A stretch of 64,000 nt of DNA from an uncultured Eubacteriales bacterium (GTDB taxonomy: Bacteria; Bacillota_I; Bacilli_A; RF39; UBA660), in contig CAJMAC010000007.1 of the NCBI GenBank assembly GCA_905211265.1, positions 905-64,904 on the forward strand. Direction: 5' to 3'. Positions 10,607 to 19,255 of the stretch are shown here, piece after piece; within the stretch, counting starts at the first letter, position 1, and every line of letters starts with the position of its first letter. Both the position numbers and the translations under genes were made by a program. Below the pieces are notes generated by a model. The model saw only the letters and a list, made by a program, of their open reading frames with translations. It was not told the DNA's origin and did not search any database.

Positions 10607-10707
10607 TCATACCTGTTAAATACTTAATATCTATTATAGTATGCAGGTATGACAGTTTTGTTGTGCCTGCATTTCACCATATGAGATGCAGTTTCATATG
10701 GTTTTTT
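10606..10707 (+). promoter_or_regulatory. Transcription attenuator with mutually exclusive stems
   Basis: - GTCATACCTG (10606-10615) pairs with CAGGTATGAC (10644-10653).
- ATGCAGG (10641-10647), CCTGCAT (10666-10672) and ATGCAG (10686-10691) can pair alternatively.
- Final terminator: CCATATGA (10677-10684) with TCATATGG (10694-10701), then T6 (10702-10707). Confidence 0.6.
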
Positions 10708-10708
10708 A

Positions 10709-12334
10709 ATGAAAGAAAGTGGTGTTATGATAGATATAAGTTTAAACAAAATAAAAAAAAATTATGGATTTAATGATGTATTAACAGATATTAACTTTGA
10801 TGTTTATACAAATGATAAAATAGCTTTAGTAGGATTAAATGGAAGTGGCAAAAGTACTATACTTAAATTAATTTATGGCATAGAAAATCCTAATAGTGGT
10901 AATATATCAATTAGAAATAATATTAGTATTGGCTATTTAAGTCAAAATTATGAAAATAAAGATATATTAGTAAAAAATATGTTATATGAAAATTTTAAAG
11001 ATGTTTTAAAATTAGAAGATGAAATAAAAAAAATAGAATCAAAGATGCAGACACAAGAAAATGATTATAAATTAATTACTAAATATTGTAATTTACTAGA
11101 AAAATTAAATGATATCGGAGGATACAAAGTTAAAGAAAAAATAACTAAAACAGTAGATACATTTAAATTAGAAAAGTTATTAGAAAAAAACTTCAATATA
11201 TTAAGTGGTGGTGAAAAGAAATTAGTATTATTAGCAAACATAATGATAAACAATCCTGATGTTATCTTACTAGATGAACCAACAAATTATTTAGATATAA
11301 ATACTCTTGAATGGTTAGAAAATTATTTAATTAATTATAAAGGTAGTTTAATTATAGTAAGTCATGACAGATATTTTTTAGATAAAGTTACAAATAAAAC
11401 TATTTTAATAGAAAATGGTACTAATTATATATTTCATGGTAATTATTCATATTATCTAAAAGAAAATGAAAATAGAATAATAAATGAATTTGAAAAATAC
11501 AAAGATCAACAAAAACAAATTGAAGAAATGAAAAAAACAATAAAAAAATTAAGAGAATGGGGACAATTAGGTAATAATGAAAGATTTTTTAAAAGAGCAA
11601 AATGTATTGAACACCGATTAGAAAAAATAGAATTAATTAATAAACCAAAAGTAAAAAATAACATTCCTATTACATTTAATGATAATAAAAGAACTGGTAA
11701 TGATGTTCTTAAAATAAATAATTTAAATTTAGTTATAGAAGACAAAATACTTTTAGATAATGTTAATTTTGAATTAACCTATGGAACAAGAACATGTATA
11801 TTAGGATCAAATGGAAGTGGTAAAAGTACTTTAATAAAATATATAATTAATAATTATAATAATAGTAAATCAACAGATAACATAAAAATAGGTACTAATG
11901 TAAAAATAGGATATATAGAACAAGAAATAAAATTTAAAAATGAAGATATAAGAGTATACGATGAAGCAAGAAAGTATTTTAATGGTGAAGAATATTTACT
12001 TAGATCAAGTTTATTTAAATTTATGTTCTACGGCGATGATATTTATAAAAAATTAAATAAATTATCCGGTGGAGAAAGAGCAAGACTACTACTATTTTGT
12101 CTAATTCAACAAGAAATTAATTTCCTAATATTAGATGAACCTACAAATCATATAGATATAGAAACAAAAGAAGTACTAGAAGACGCATTAATTGATTTTA
12201 AAGGAACTATTTTATTTGTTTCACATGATAGATATTTTATCAATAAAATCGCAACAAGTATCTTAGAAATAAAAGATAAAAAGATACATAATCATATTGG
12301 AAATTATGATGATTACAAGAACTATTATAAATAA
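10709..12334 (+). CDS. ABC-F family ATPase (two NBDs, no TMD), candidate ribosome-protection/ARE type
   Basis: Two Walker A sites (GLNGSGKST, GSNGSGKST) and two signatures (LSGGEKK, LSGGERA). A charged helical linker separates the NBDs. The true start may be the second ATG at 10727 (MIDISLNKIKKNYG). Confidence 0.85.
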   Translation: MKESGVMIDISLNKIKKNYGFNDVLTDINFDVYTNDKIALVGLNGSGKSTILKLIYGIENPNSGNISIRNNISIGYLSQNYENKDILVKNMLYENFKDVLKLEDEIKKIESKMQTQENDYKLITKYCNLLEKLNDIGGYKVKEKITKTVDTFKLEKLLEKNFNILSGGEKKLVLLANIMINNPDVILLDEPTNYLDINTLEWLENYLINYKGSLIIVSHDRYFLDKVTNKTILIENGTNYIFHGNYSYYLKENENRIINEFEKYKDQQKQIEEMKKTIKKLREWGQLGNNERFFKRAKCIEHRLEKIELINKPKVKNNIPITFNDNKRTGNDVLKINNLNLVIEDKILLDNVNFELTYGTRTCILGSNGSGKSTLIKYIINNYNNSKSTDNIKIGTNVKIGYIEQEIKFKNEDIRVYDEARKYFNGEEYLLRSSLFKFMFYGDDIYKKLNKLSGGERARLLLFCLIQQEINFLILDEPTNHIDIETKEVLEDALIDFKGTILFVSHDRYFINKIATSILEIKDKKIHNHIGNYDDYKNYYK

Positions 12335-12383
12335 TATTTTAATTTATAAATTATTGTGTTATACTTTTTTCTAGGAGGTAATC

Positions 12384-12782
12384 ATGAAAAGAAAAAGAGT
12401 CGGAGGTATTATTGTACTAGATAATAAATTAGCAGTAATATATCGTAGAAAGAAAAAAGAAGATAAAATAATAGAATATTATACTATTCCAGGTGGTGGA
12501 GTAGAAGGCACTGAAACTAATGAAGAAGCCTTAAAAAGAGAATTAAAGGAAGAATTAAATATTGAAGTAGATATAGAAAAATATTTATTTAATATAGAAA
12601 ATGAAAAGAATATAGAATACTTTTATCTATGTAAATATTTAAGTGGAAACTTTACTTTAAATGGTGAAGAATTAGAAAGAATGAACGAAGATAATTATTA
12701 TGAACCAACATTTATACCAATTAGTGATATAGAAAAATATGATATTTTAGATAGTATTAAGAAATATTTTACAAAAAAATAA
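12384..12782 (+). CDS. NUDIX hydrolase
   Basis: Nudix box GGGVEGTETNEEALKRELKEELNI. Confidence 0.8.
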   Translation: MKRKRVGGIIVLDNKLAVIYRRKKKEDKIIEYYTIPGGGVEGTETNEEALKRELKEELNIEVDIEKYLFNIENEKNIEYFYLCKYLSGNFTLNGEELERMNEDNYYEPTFIPISDIEKYDILDSIKKYFTKK

Positions 12783-12842
12783 TATAAAAATATGATTATT
12801 CTAATCTATAACTTTAGAAAGGAATTAATCATATTTTTTTCT

Positions 12843-13313
12843 TTATAAATGTTTTTTATATATAAGTTTATGATTTATATTATTATATTTATTGTATACA
12901 TCACTTACTTCTTCATCTGATGATATTGTTTTATATTCCATATTGGAATCATATAAATCAAATAAATAATTATGCTCTGTAATCCATGATATTTCTTCTT
13001 GTTTAAATTCTTCAATTCTTTGAATAACATCATTTAAAGTAATATTTACTTGATATAATTCAAAAGGAATAAAAATATTTCTAAGTTTAGCAACTTCAAT
13101 AAGTGTTTTTATTCGTTGCATTTTTAATTTATTTAATTCTGTTCTATATGCAATTATATTATATTGACTTAATATTTCTATAGCTTTCATTTCTGACTTT
13201 ATTAATATTTCGTATTTAGGTATTTCTATTTTTAATAAATTTATAATCATATCATCAGTATAATTCTTATATTTAAATAATAAGTTCTTTCTTCTTTTTA
13301 CATTTTTACTCAT
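12843..13313 (-). CDS. Hypothetical protein (156 aa)
   Basis: Long ORF with no recognisable motif. Confidence 0.45.
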   Translation of the reverse strand: MSKNVKRRKNLLFKYKNYTDDMIINLLKIEIPKYEILIKSEMKAIEILSQYNIIAYRTELNKLKMQRIKTLIEVAKLRNIFIPFELYQVNITLNDVIQRIEEFKQEEISWITEHNYLFDLYDSNMEYKTISSDEEVSDVYNKYNNINHKLIYKKHL

Positions 13314-13470
13314 AAATATTTCTCCTTAAAAATTTAAAAATTTACTATATTATATAACTAAACATATAATTTTACAATCCAAAAGTAAACAATTTCATTA
13401 TAAAACATATTAAAATAATAAAAAAATATGAAAGATAACGAAAAAATTATAAAAAATATGTCGAAATTTG

Positions 13471-13499
13471 TTGTATATTAAATTAAAAGATGCTATAAT
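13471..13499 (+). promoter_or_regulatory. Promoter of rpsU-yqeY
   Basis: TTGTAT (13471-13476), 17-nt spacer ending in TGC, TATAAT (13494-13499). Confidence 0.5.
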
Positions 13500-13532
13500 A
13501 ATTTCAGATGCCGAAGGGAGGGAAGTATAGAA

Positions 13533-13727
13533 ATGTCAGTTAGCGTAAGAAATAATAATGTTGATCAAGCATTAAAAATATTTAAAACACAAGTAGCTAA
13601 AAGTGGAACCCTTTCTAAAGCAAGAGAAAGAGCAGAAGGTTATAAAAAACCAGGAGTTAATCGTAGAGAAGAAAAGAAAAAAAATATAATTAATTCAAGA
13701 AAAAATAAAAAGAAAAGAGATTATTAA
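13533..13727 (+). CDS. rpsU: 30S ribosomal protein S21
   Basis: VRNNNVDQALKIFKTQVAKSGTLSKARERAEGYKKPG is typical of S21. GGGAGGGA RBS. Confidence 0.9.
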   Translation: MSVSVRNNNVDQALKIFKTQVAKSGTLSKARERAEGYKKPGVNRREEKKKNIINSRKNKKKRDY

Positions 13728-13741
13728 TTGGAGGTATAATA

Positions 13742-14191
13742 ATGACAATACTAGAAAGATTAAATAGTGATATGAAAGAAGCAATGAAGGCAAAAGATAG
13801 TTTTAGTTTGTCTGTTATTCGTATGGCAAAAGGTGCTATACAACTTGAAGCAATTAATAAAAAGAAAGAATTATCTGATGATGATATGGTTTCTGTTATT
13901 TCTAAACAAATAAAAATGAGAAAAGATTCTATTGAAGAATTTGAAAAAGGAAATAGAAAAGATTTAATTGAGCAGAATTTAAAAGAAATAGAAATTTTAA
14001 ATAAATATATGCCAGAACAATTAAGTAATGAAGAAATAATAAAGATAATTGATGATGTATTTAATACAATCAATCCAACTTCACCAAAAGATATGGGACT
14101 TATAATGAAAGAAATTAGTCCTAAGTTAAAAGGCAAAGCGGATATGGGTTATGTTAATAGTATCATTAAAGATAAATTAACAAACTTATAA
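13742..14191 (+). CDS. yqeY: GatB/YqeY domain protein
   Basis: ERLNSDMKEAMKAKD...VIRMAKGAIQ...ISKQIKMRKDSIEEFEKGNR. Conserved rpsU-yqeY synteny. Confidence 0.85.
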   Translation: MTILERLNSDMKEAMKAKDSFSLSVIRMAKGAIQLEAINKKKELSDDDMVSVISKQIKMRKDSIEEFEKGNRKDLIEQNLKEIEILNKYMPEQLSNEEIIKIIDDVFNTINPTSPKDMGLIMKEISPKLKGKADMGYVNSIIKDKLTNL

Positions 14192-14331
14192 TCGCTTTTT
14201 TGTTGCCATAAAGTTTGGTATCAACTGTGAATACCTAGTAATTCCCATTAGGCAATTAATTTAATATAATTGCTTCCTTATATTCACAGTTTTGATACAT
14301 GATTTATAAAAGAATCATGATATATAAAATA

Positions 14332-14363
14332 AACTAATGATGTAAAAATCGTTAGTTTTTATT
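14332..14363 (+). terminator. Rho-independent terminator after yqeY
   Basis: AACTAATGAT (14332-14341), loop GTAAAA, ATCGTTAGTT (14348-14357), then TTTTTAT. Confidence 0.6.
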
Positions 14364-14430
14364 AACTACTAGTTAATTTTGTAGAAAAACGACATATTAT
14401 TATGGTATACTTGTATTAGGATGTGATAGT

Positions 14431-16431
14431 ATGAAGGAATTAATCGATATCGAAGGAGTCGGTACTAAAACAATTGAACTATTAAATAAACTTGGTATAA
14501 ATACTATTGATGACTTATTACATTATTATCCATATAGATATGATATATTAAAAAGAAGTGATATAACCAATCTTAATGATGGAGATAAAATAATAATTGA
14601 TGGTATAGTTGAAGGACAACCTACAACAATATTTTTATCAAGTAAATTAAAGAAAATTATTTTTAGAATTAATACTAAAACTACTATTCTTAATGTAACT
14701 ATATATAATAAAACATATTTATATCAAGAATTAAAATGTGGTAAAGAAGTAACTATAATAGGAAAATATGATAAAACAAAAAATACTGTTGTAGCAAGTG
14801 ATATTAGATTTGATAAATTACCAATGACTCCAAAAATTGAGCCAATTTATTATACTACAAGTGGTTTATCTAGAAAAAGCATATCAAAATTTATTTCTAG
14901 CGTTTTAAGAGAAGATTATAATGTTATAGATTATATACCAGATTATCTAAGTGATAAATATAATTTTATGTCTAAAAAACAAGCAATATATAATGTGCAT
15001 ATGCCAATAGATATTTTAGACTTAAAGAAAGCTAGACAAAGAATTAAATATGAAGAATTATTTATGTATATGCTTAAGATAAATTATTTAAAAAGAAAAA
15101 TAATTCAAGATAATACTGCAATAGAACGAAAAATTGATAGAGAAAAAATAAAAGAATTTATTAGAGCATTGCCATTTGAATTAACAAGTGATCAGTTAAT
15201 CGCAGTAGACGATATCTTAACTGATTTAGAAAGCAACAAAAGAATGAATAGATTATTACAAGGAGATGTTGGTTCAGGTAAAACAATCGTAGCGTTCATT
15301 ACTACTTATGCTAATTATTTATCTAACTATCAAACTGCCTTAATGGCTCCGACTGAAATACTTGCTAAACAACATTATGATAATGCTAAGAAAGTATTTA
15401 AAAATACTGATATGAAAATAGAATTATTAACTTCTTCTTTAACTAATAAAAAGAAAGAAGAAATATATAATAAACTATATAATAATGAAATAGATTTAAT
15501 TATTGGTACTCAAGCAATTATTCAAGATAAAGTTAATTTTGCTAATTTAGGATTAGTAATAACAGATGAACAGCATCGTTTTGGAGTTAATCAAAGAAAC
15601 TCATTTAAAAATAAAGGAATTACTCCAGATATTTTGTCTATGAGTGCAACTCCAATACCAAGAACTTATGCTTTAACTATCTATGGTGATATGGATGTAT
15701 CAAGTATTAAAACTAAACCAGAAGGTAGAATACCTGTTAAAACATATTTAAAGAAAGAAAAAGATATTCTTGAAGTACTTAATTTAATGAAACAAGAATT
15801 AGATAAACATCATCAAGTGTATGTAATTGCACCACAAATCGAAGATAATGAAAATGATAATGAAACAGTAGAAAAACTACAAGAAAAGATGACTACTGCC
15901 TTTGGAAAATTATTTACTATAAAAAGTGTTCATGGTAAAATGGAACCAGAAGAAAAAGAACAAGTAATGAAAGAATTTGAAAAAGGCGAAGTTAACATTT
16001 TAATTTCTACCACAGTAATTGAAGTAGGAGTAAATGTAGCAAATGCTTCGATGATAGTAATATTTAATGCTAATATGTTTGGACTTTCTACCTTACACCA
16101 ATTAAGAGGAAGAGTAGGAAGAAGTAATATAGAATCATATTGTGTACTTATTGCAAAACAAAATCTAGAAAAATTAAAAATATTAGAAAAAACAAATGAT
16201 GGATTTGAAATAAGTGAATATGATTTCCAAAATAGAGGTGAAGGAGACTTATTCGGAGTAAGACAAAGTGGAGATACAGGATTAATTATGGCGAATATTA
16301 ATAGAGATTTTAAAATGTTGCTAAGAGCCAAAGAAGATGCTGAAGAATTTATTGACACTTTGTTTACAGAAAATACTGACAAATATAATGATATAAAAAG
16401 TGCATTAAAGCAAGTAGAAAATGTAGAATAG
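14431..16431 (+). CDS. recG: ATP-dependent DNA helicase RecG
   Basis: 666 aa. Wedge/OB N-terminus. SF2 motifs GDVGSGKT, DEQHRFG, SATPIPRT, QLRGRVGR. Confidence 0.95.
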   Translation: MKELIDIEGVGTKTIELLNKLGINTIDDLLHYYPYRYDILKRSDITNLNDGDKIIIDGIVEGQPTTIFLSSKLKKIIFRINTKTTILNVTIYNKTYLYQELKCGKEVTIIGKYDKTKNTVVASDIRFDKLPMTPKIEPIYYTTSGLSRKSISKFISSVLREDYNVIDYIPDYLSDKYNFMSKKQAIYNVHMPIDILDLKKARQRIKYEELFMYMLKINYLKRKIIQDNTAIERKIDREKIKEFIRALPFELTSDQLIAVDDILTDLESNKRMNRLLQGDVGSGKTIVAFITTYANYLSNYQTALMAPTEILAKQHYDNAKKVFKNTDMKIELLTSSLTNKKKEEIYNKLYNNEIDLIIGTQAIIQDKVNFANLGLVITDEQHRFGVNQRNSFKNKGITPDILSMSATPIPRTYALTIYGDMDVSSIKTKPEGRIPVKTYLKKEKDILEVLNLMKQELDKHHQVYVIAPQIEDNENDNETVEKLQEKMTTAFGKLFTIKSVHGKMEPEEKEQVMKEFEKGEVNILISTTVIEVGVNVANASMIVIFNANMFGLSTLHQLRGRVGRSNIESYCVLIAKQNLEKLKILEKTNDGFEISEYDFQNRGEGDLFGVRQSGDTGLIMANINRDFKMLLRAKEDAEEFIDTLFTENTDKYNDIKSALKQVENVE

Positions 16432-16474
16432 TTTACATTTAAAAATAAATATATGTAAAGTTTTATAAAATCTA

Positions 16475-16503
16475 TTGTGTTTTTATAGATTATATATTAT
16501 AAT
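16475..16503 (+). promoter_or_regulatory. Candidate promoter of a small RNA
   Basis: TTGTGT (16475-16480), 17-nt spacer, TATAAT (16498-16503), just after recG. Confidence 0.4.
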
Positions 16504-16506
16504 GAT

Positions 16507-16606
16507 ATTGTCATATGAAGATATGACCACTCTCTACGAAATAATGTAGGAGTGTTCAACCAAAACCCCCTGAAATCCCGTCAGAAATGGCGGGATACTT
16601 TGTTTA
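16507..16606 (+). ncRNA. Candidate ~100-nt small RNA whose 3' end is the island integration site
   Basis: - Hairpin GTCATAT-GAAG-ATATGAC (16510-16527).
- Hairpin CACTCTCTAC...GTAGGAGTG (16528-16554).
- Unpaired C-rich stretch CAACCAAAACCCCCUGAAAU.
- Terminator CCCGTC-AGAAAT-GGCGGG (16577-16594) plus a U-rich tail.
No ORF. Confidence 0.35.
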
Positions 16607-16637
16607 TAAGGGCTTTATGCCATTTGATATATGTATT

Positions 16638-16658
16638 AGGTACCCAAATAGGTACCCA
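16638..16658 (+). repeat. Arm-type direct repeats AGGTACCCA x2 (left arm)
   Basis: AGGTACCCA at 16638-16646 and 16650-16658, 12-nt period, between the core and the integrase stop. Confidence 0.6.
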
Positions 16659-16660
16659 TT

Positions 16661-17776
16661 TTAATTTAGTTTGTCTATAATATTAATTATTTCATTTAAT
16701 TGATTCTTAAATAGGTGAGAGTAAGTATTTAATGTCTCATCTATTTTTGTGTGTCCTAAATACTTTGCTACAACGTTTATAGTAGCACCACTATTAATTA
16801 AAAGTGACGCACAACTATGTCTAAAATCGTGTATTCTAATTTGTTTAACATCTGCTAACTTACAATCCTTGTTTTTTCTATGCCTTAACTTTCCATTTGT
16901 AATTGGATCAGTATCTCCAAACAAATACCAGTCATCATTAAATCCATAATGTCTTTTAGAAACTTCATATAATACTTTCATATCTTCCATTAATACTTTT
17001 GGTATAGGAATATTTCTTATACTAGATTTTGTTTTAGGTGTAGTTACCATATATGGTTTCTTTTCATCACCTTGAGTTGCTACAATATTTTTGTTAACAC
17101 TTAAATATTGATTTTTAAAATCTATATCTTTCCATGTTAGTCCTCTAAGTTCACCCCTACGAAGTCCACAATAATATAAAGTTTCAAATAATGTTTTAAA
17201 TAGAATATCATCTTCTACCGATATGAATTTTTTAAATTCTTCATAAGTGAAAAATAACATTTCTTTTGGTATTTCGTTTGGGTCAGTAAAATTAGTCATT
17301 TTATTATAAGTTGCTGTAAAGTTAAAATTGTACCACTTAGTAGCAAAGTTTAATAATTCTTTAAAGAATTTGAATAAATGATTTTTATGATTAGTTGTAT
17401 ATCCATAAGAATTTATTTGCTTTTTCCATTTTTCAAAATGTTCAATATTAAAATCTTTTAATTTAACATTATCTAAGTCTTTGAAAAATTTTTCTCTATC
17501 ACGATAAGTTTTTAAAGTAGTATGTTTTACTTTATCTTCTTTGTATGCATAGAAGAGTGTATATAAATCTTTGAAAGTCATATTACGGTCTTTATCACTT
17601 CTATCAGTGTTAATTGTTAAAAATTCTCTTTCAGCTTTTAACGCTTCTGTTTTAGTAAAAAACTTCTTCGATTTATACTTTCTTCTAGAACCATCTAAAT
17701 TCTTAACATAGTCATAAAAAATCCATTTACGACCATCTTTTGTCCATTCATCTTTGTCTAATAGTTTAACTGCCAT
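16661..17776 (-). CDS. int: Tyrosine site-specific integrase
   Basis: 371 aa. N-terminal SAM-like domain. C-terminal catalytic motifs GLRRGEL, HDFRHSCASLL, LGHTKIDETLNTYSH. Confidence 0.9.
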   Translation of the reverse strand: MAVKLLDKDEWTKDGRKWIFYDYVKNLDGSRRKYKSKKFFTKTEALKAEREFLTINTDRSDKDRNMTFKDLYTLFYAYKEDKVKHTTLKTYRDREKFFKDLDNVKLKDFNIEHFEKWKKQINSYGYTTNHKNHLFKFFKELLNFATKWYNFNFTATYNKMTNFTDPNEIPKEMLFFTYEEFKKFISVEDDILFKTLFETLYYCGLRRGELRGLTWKDIDFKNQYLSVNKNIVATQGDEKKPYMVTTPKTKSSIRNIPIPKVLMEDMKVLYEVSKRHYGFNDDWYLFGDTDPITNGKLRHRKNKDCKLADVKQIRIHDFRHSCASLLINSGATINVVAKYLGHTKIDETLNTYSHLFKNQLNEIINIIDKLN

Positions 17777-17778
17777 AA

Positions 17779-18783
17779 TTATTCCTCCTTTGAATTTAAA
17801 TTATTACTATTACTTTCTGAAAAAATATTATCAGCAAGTATTTCCAAAGGTTCCCTATATTTAGCAGTATATAGTCTTTCTGTTTGTGTTCTTTTACATT
17901 CTATAAATAATCCTAGTTTTTCGAGTTCATCTTTATTACTTGATATTAATTTACCTAAGACGGGTGGAGTAATAAATAAATTTAATTTACTAACCAATTC
18001 TGAAATAGTAAAAGTAAACTCTTTTTTACTAATTGCATATTTTAAAAATTGAATTAAATTTGGATTAAGTGTTTCTTCTGTTTTTTCATCAATACTTAGG
18101 ATTAAATTATAATTTCTTTTTAGTACATAATTAAGTGCTTGGTAATCTCTACTTTCATAATTTAAGTAGAAAGTTGATTTGATGTTTTCATCTTGTTTTA
18201 ATGCAAGTTTACCATCTACACAAGTATCAATAGCAGTACTTCCTAAAGATTTACCTTTACGATTTAAATGATGAACTATGATGATACTAACATTATAGTT
18301 ATTACATAATTTACGCAATTGTGGAAATATATTTTGACTCATATCTTGGTAATTATTTAAATCGTAATAACTTCCAAAATTTATGCCATTAAACATATCA
18401 ATAAATACTAATTTGCCGTTATATTTTTCTTTAAATTCACTTATTTCTTTTTCAACTTTTAATATGCTTAGTTGTGTCATATTATCTTCTGGGAAAGTAT
18501 ATAGAAAATCATTTTCCATTAAATTACATTTCATAAAATTAATACGACTTATAGTCTCAGATGGATTCATTTCTGTACTTAAATACAAAATAGGTGTTTT
18601 GTTAGTCTTTAAATTCAAGAAAGGAATACCATTACAAACAGAATTTGCTATTTGAAGAGCTAGAGCAGATTTTCCTACTTTAGCTTCTCCAAGTAAACAA
18701 TATAAACCATTTTCTCTAATCATATTTTCAATAATATAATTAATATCGACAATACTATTTTTTAATTCTTCAATTGTTTTCAT
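17779..18783 (-). CDS. RecA-fold AAA_25/RepA-like ATPase (element replication/mobilisation)
   Basis: Walker A GEAKVGKS, Walker B LVFIDMF, IIIVHHLNRKG. Typical of small integrative elements. Confidence 0.7.
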   Translation of the reverse strand: MKTIEELKNSIVDINYIIENMIRENGLYCLLGEAKVGKSALALQIANSVCNGIPFLNLKTNKTPILYLSTEMNPSETISRINFMKCNLMENDFLYTFPEDNMTQLSILKVEKEISEFKEKYNGKLVFIDMFNGINFGSYYDLNNYQDMSQNIFPQLRKLCNNYNVSIIIVHHLNRKGKSLGSTAIDTCVDGKLALKQDENIKSTFYLNYESRDYQALNYVLKRNYNLILSIDEKTEETLNPNLIQFLKYAISKKEFTFTISELVSKLNLFITPPVLGKLISSNKDELEKLGLFIECKRTQTERLYTAKYREPLEILADNIFSESNSNNLNSKEE

Positions 18784-18794
18784 ATAATTCCTTT

Positions 18795-19031
18795 CTATAA
18801 ATTTTCTTTAGCCATTTTTTCTAAATAATTAATATTAATTTTTAGCTTATTAACGACTTCAATCATTGGTAATCTGTTATTAGGAAGAGTATAACCTCTA
18901 TTTATTAGGTCATTTTTTATTTCTCTTCTAAGTTTAACGGCATTGTTTTTACCTATTTCAGCAAGTTTCATTAGATCATCAAGATTACACCATTGCTTTG
19001 AAATAAGTTTTAAAGTTTCTCTAGCATTCAT
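18795..19031 (-). CDS. Small DNA-binding protein, excisionase/regulator-like
   Basis: The track start is 19052. AGGAGGA (complement of 19041-19047) sits 9 nt before the internal ATG at 19031. The 78-aa protein has a helix-turn-helix-like segment (LMKLAEIGKNNAVKLRREI). Confidence 0.5.
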   Translation of the reverse strand: MNARETLKLISKQWCNLDDLMKLAEIGKNNAVKLRREIKNDLINRGYTLPNNRLPMIEVVNKLKININYLEKMAKENL

Positions 19032-19060
19032 ATAAACTAATCCTCCTTTCATTTAGACTC

Positions 19061-19192
19061 TAGATATAAATATATCTATGTAAAGATTACCAACTAAAGA
19101 AAGAAATTATATTGTGAGGTATACTCACAATATAATAATACCATTTAATATTAATTAATGTCAATAAAATTTGTGAGTTTTAATCACAAAAT
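19061..19192. promoter_or_regulatory. Divergent control region with three palindromic operators
   Basis: - TAGATATA-aa-TATATCTA (19061-19078).
- TTATATTGTGAGgtataCTCACAATATAA (19107-19135).
- ATTTGTGAgttttaaTCACAAAT (19168-19192).
The last two share the TTGTGAG/CTCACAA half-site. Confidence 0.6.
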
Positions 19193-19255
19193 AATTGTTG
19201 AATAATCTGTTTTGTGGTAAAATGGTATTAGGAAGTTATGAAGAGGTGTAATTTA

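Noticed and set aside
13690-14136. 148-aa minus-strand ORF antisense to yqeY. Similar antisense or out-of-frame ORFs appear in the track at 3022..3249, 6044..6337, 8430..8651, 9832..10197, 11506..11745, 15930..16382, 31616..31843, 33000..33587, 36117..36401, 57510..57842, 58287..58701 and 62020..62274.
   Set aside because: Each lies wholly inside a well-supported gene on the other strand or in another frame. Their composition is low-complexity and Leu/Ile/Phe/Ser-rich, as expected from translating AT-rich antisense DNA. None has an RBS.
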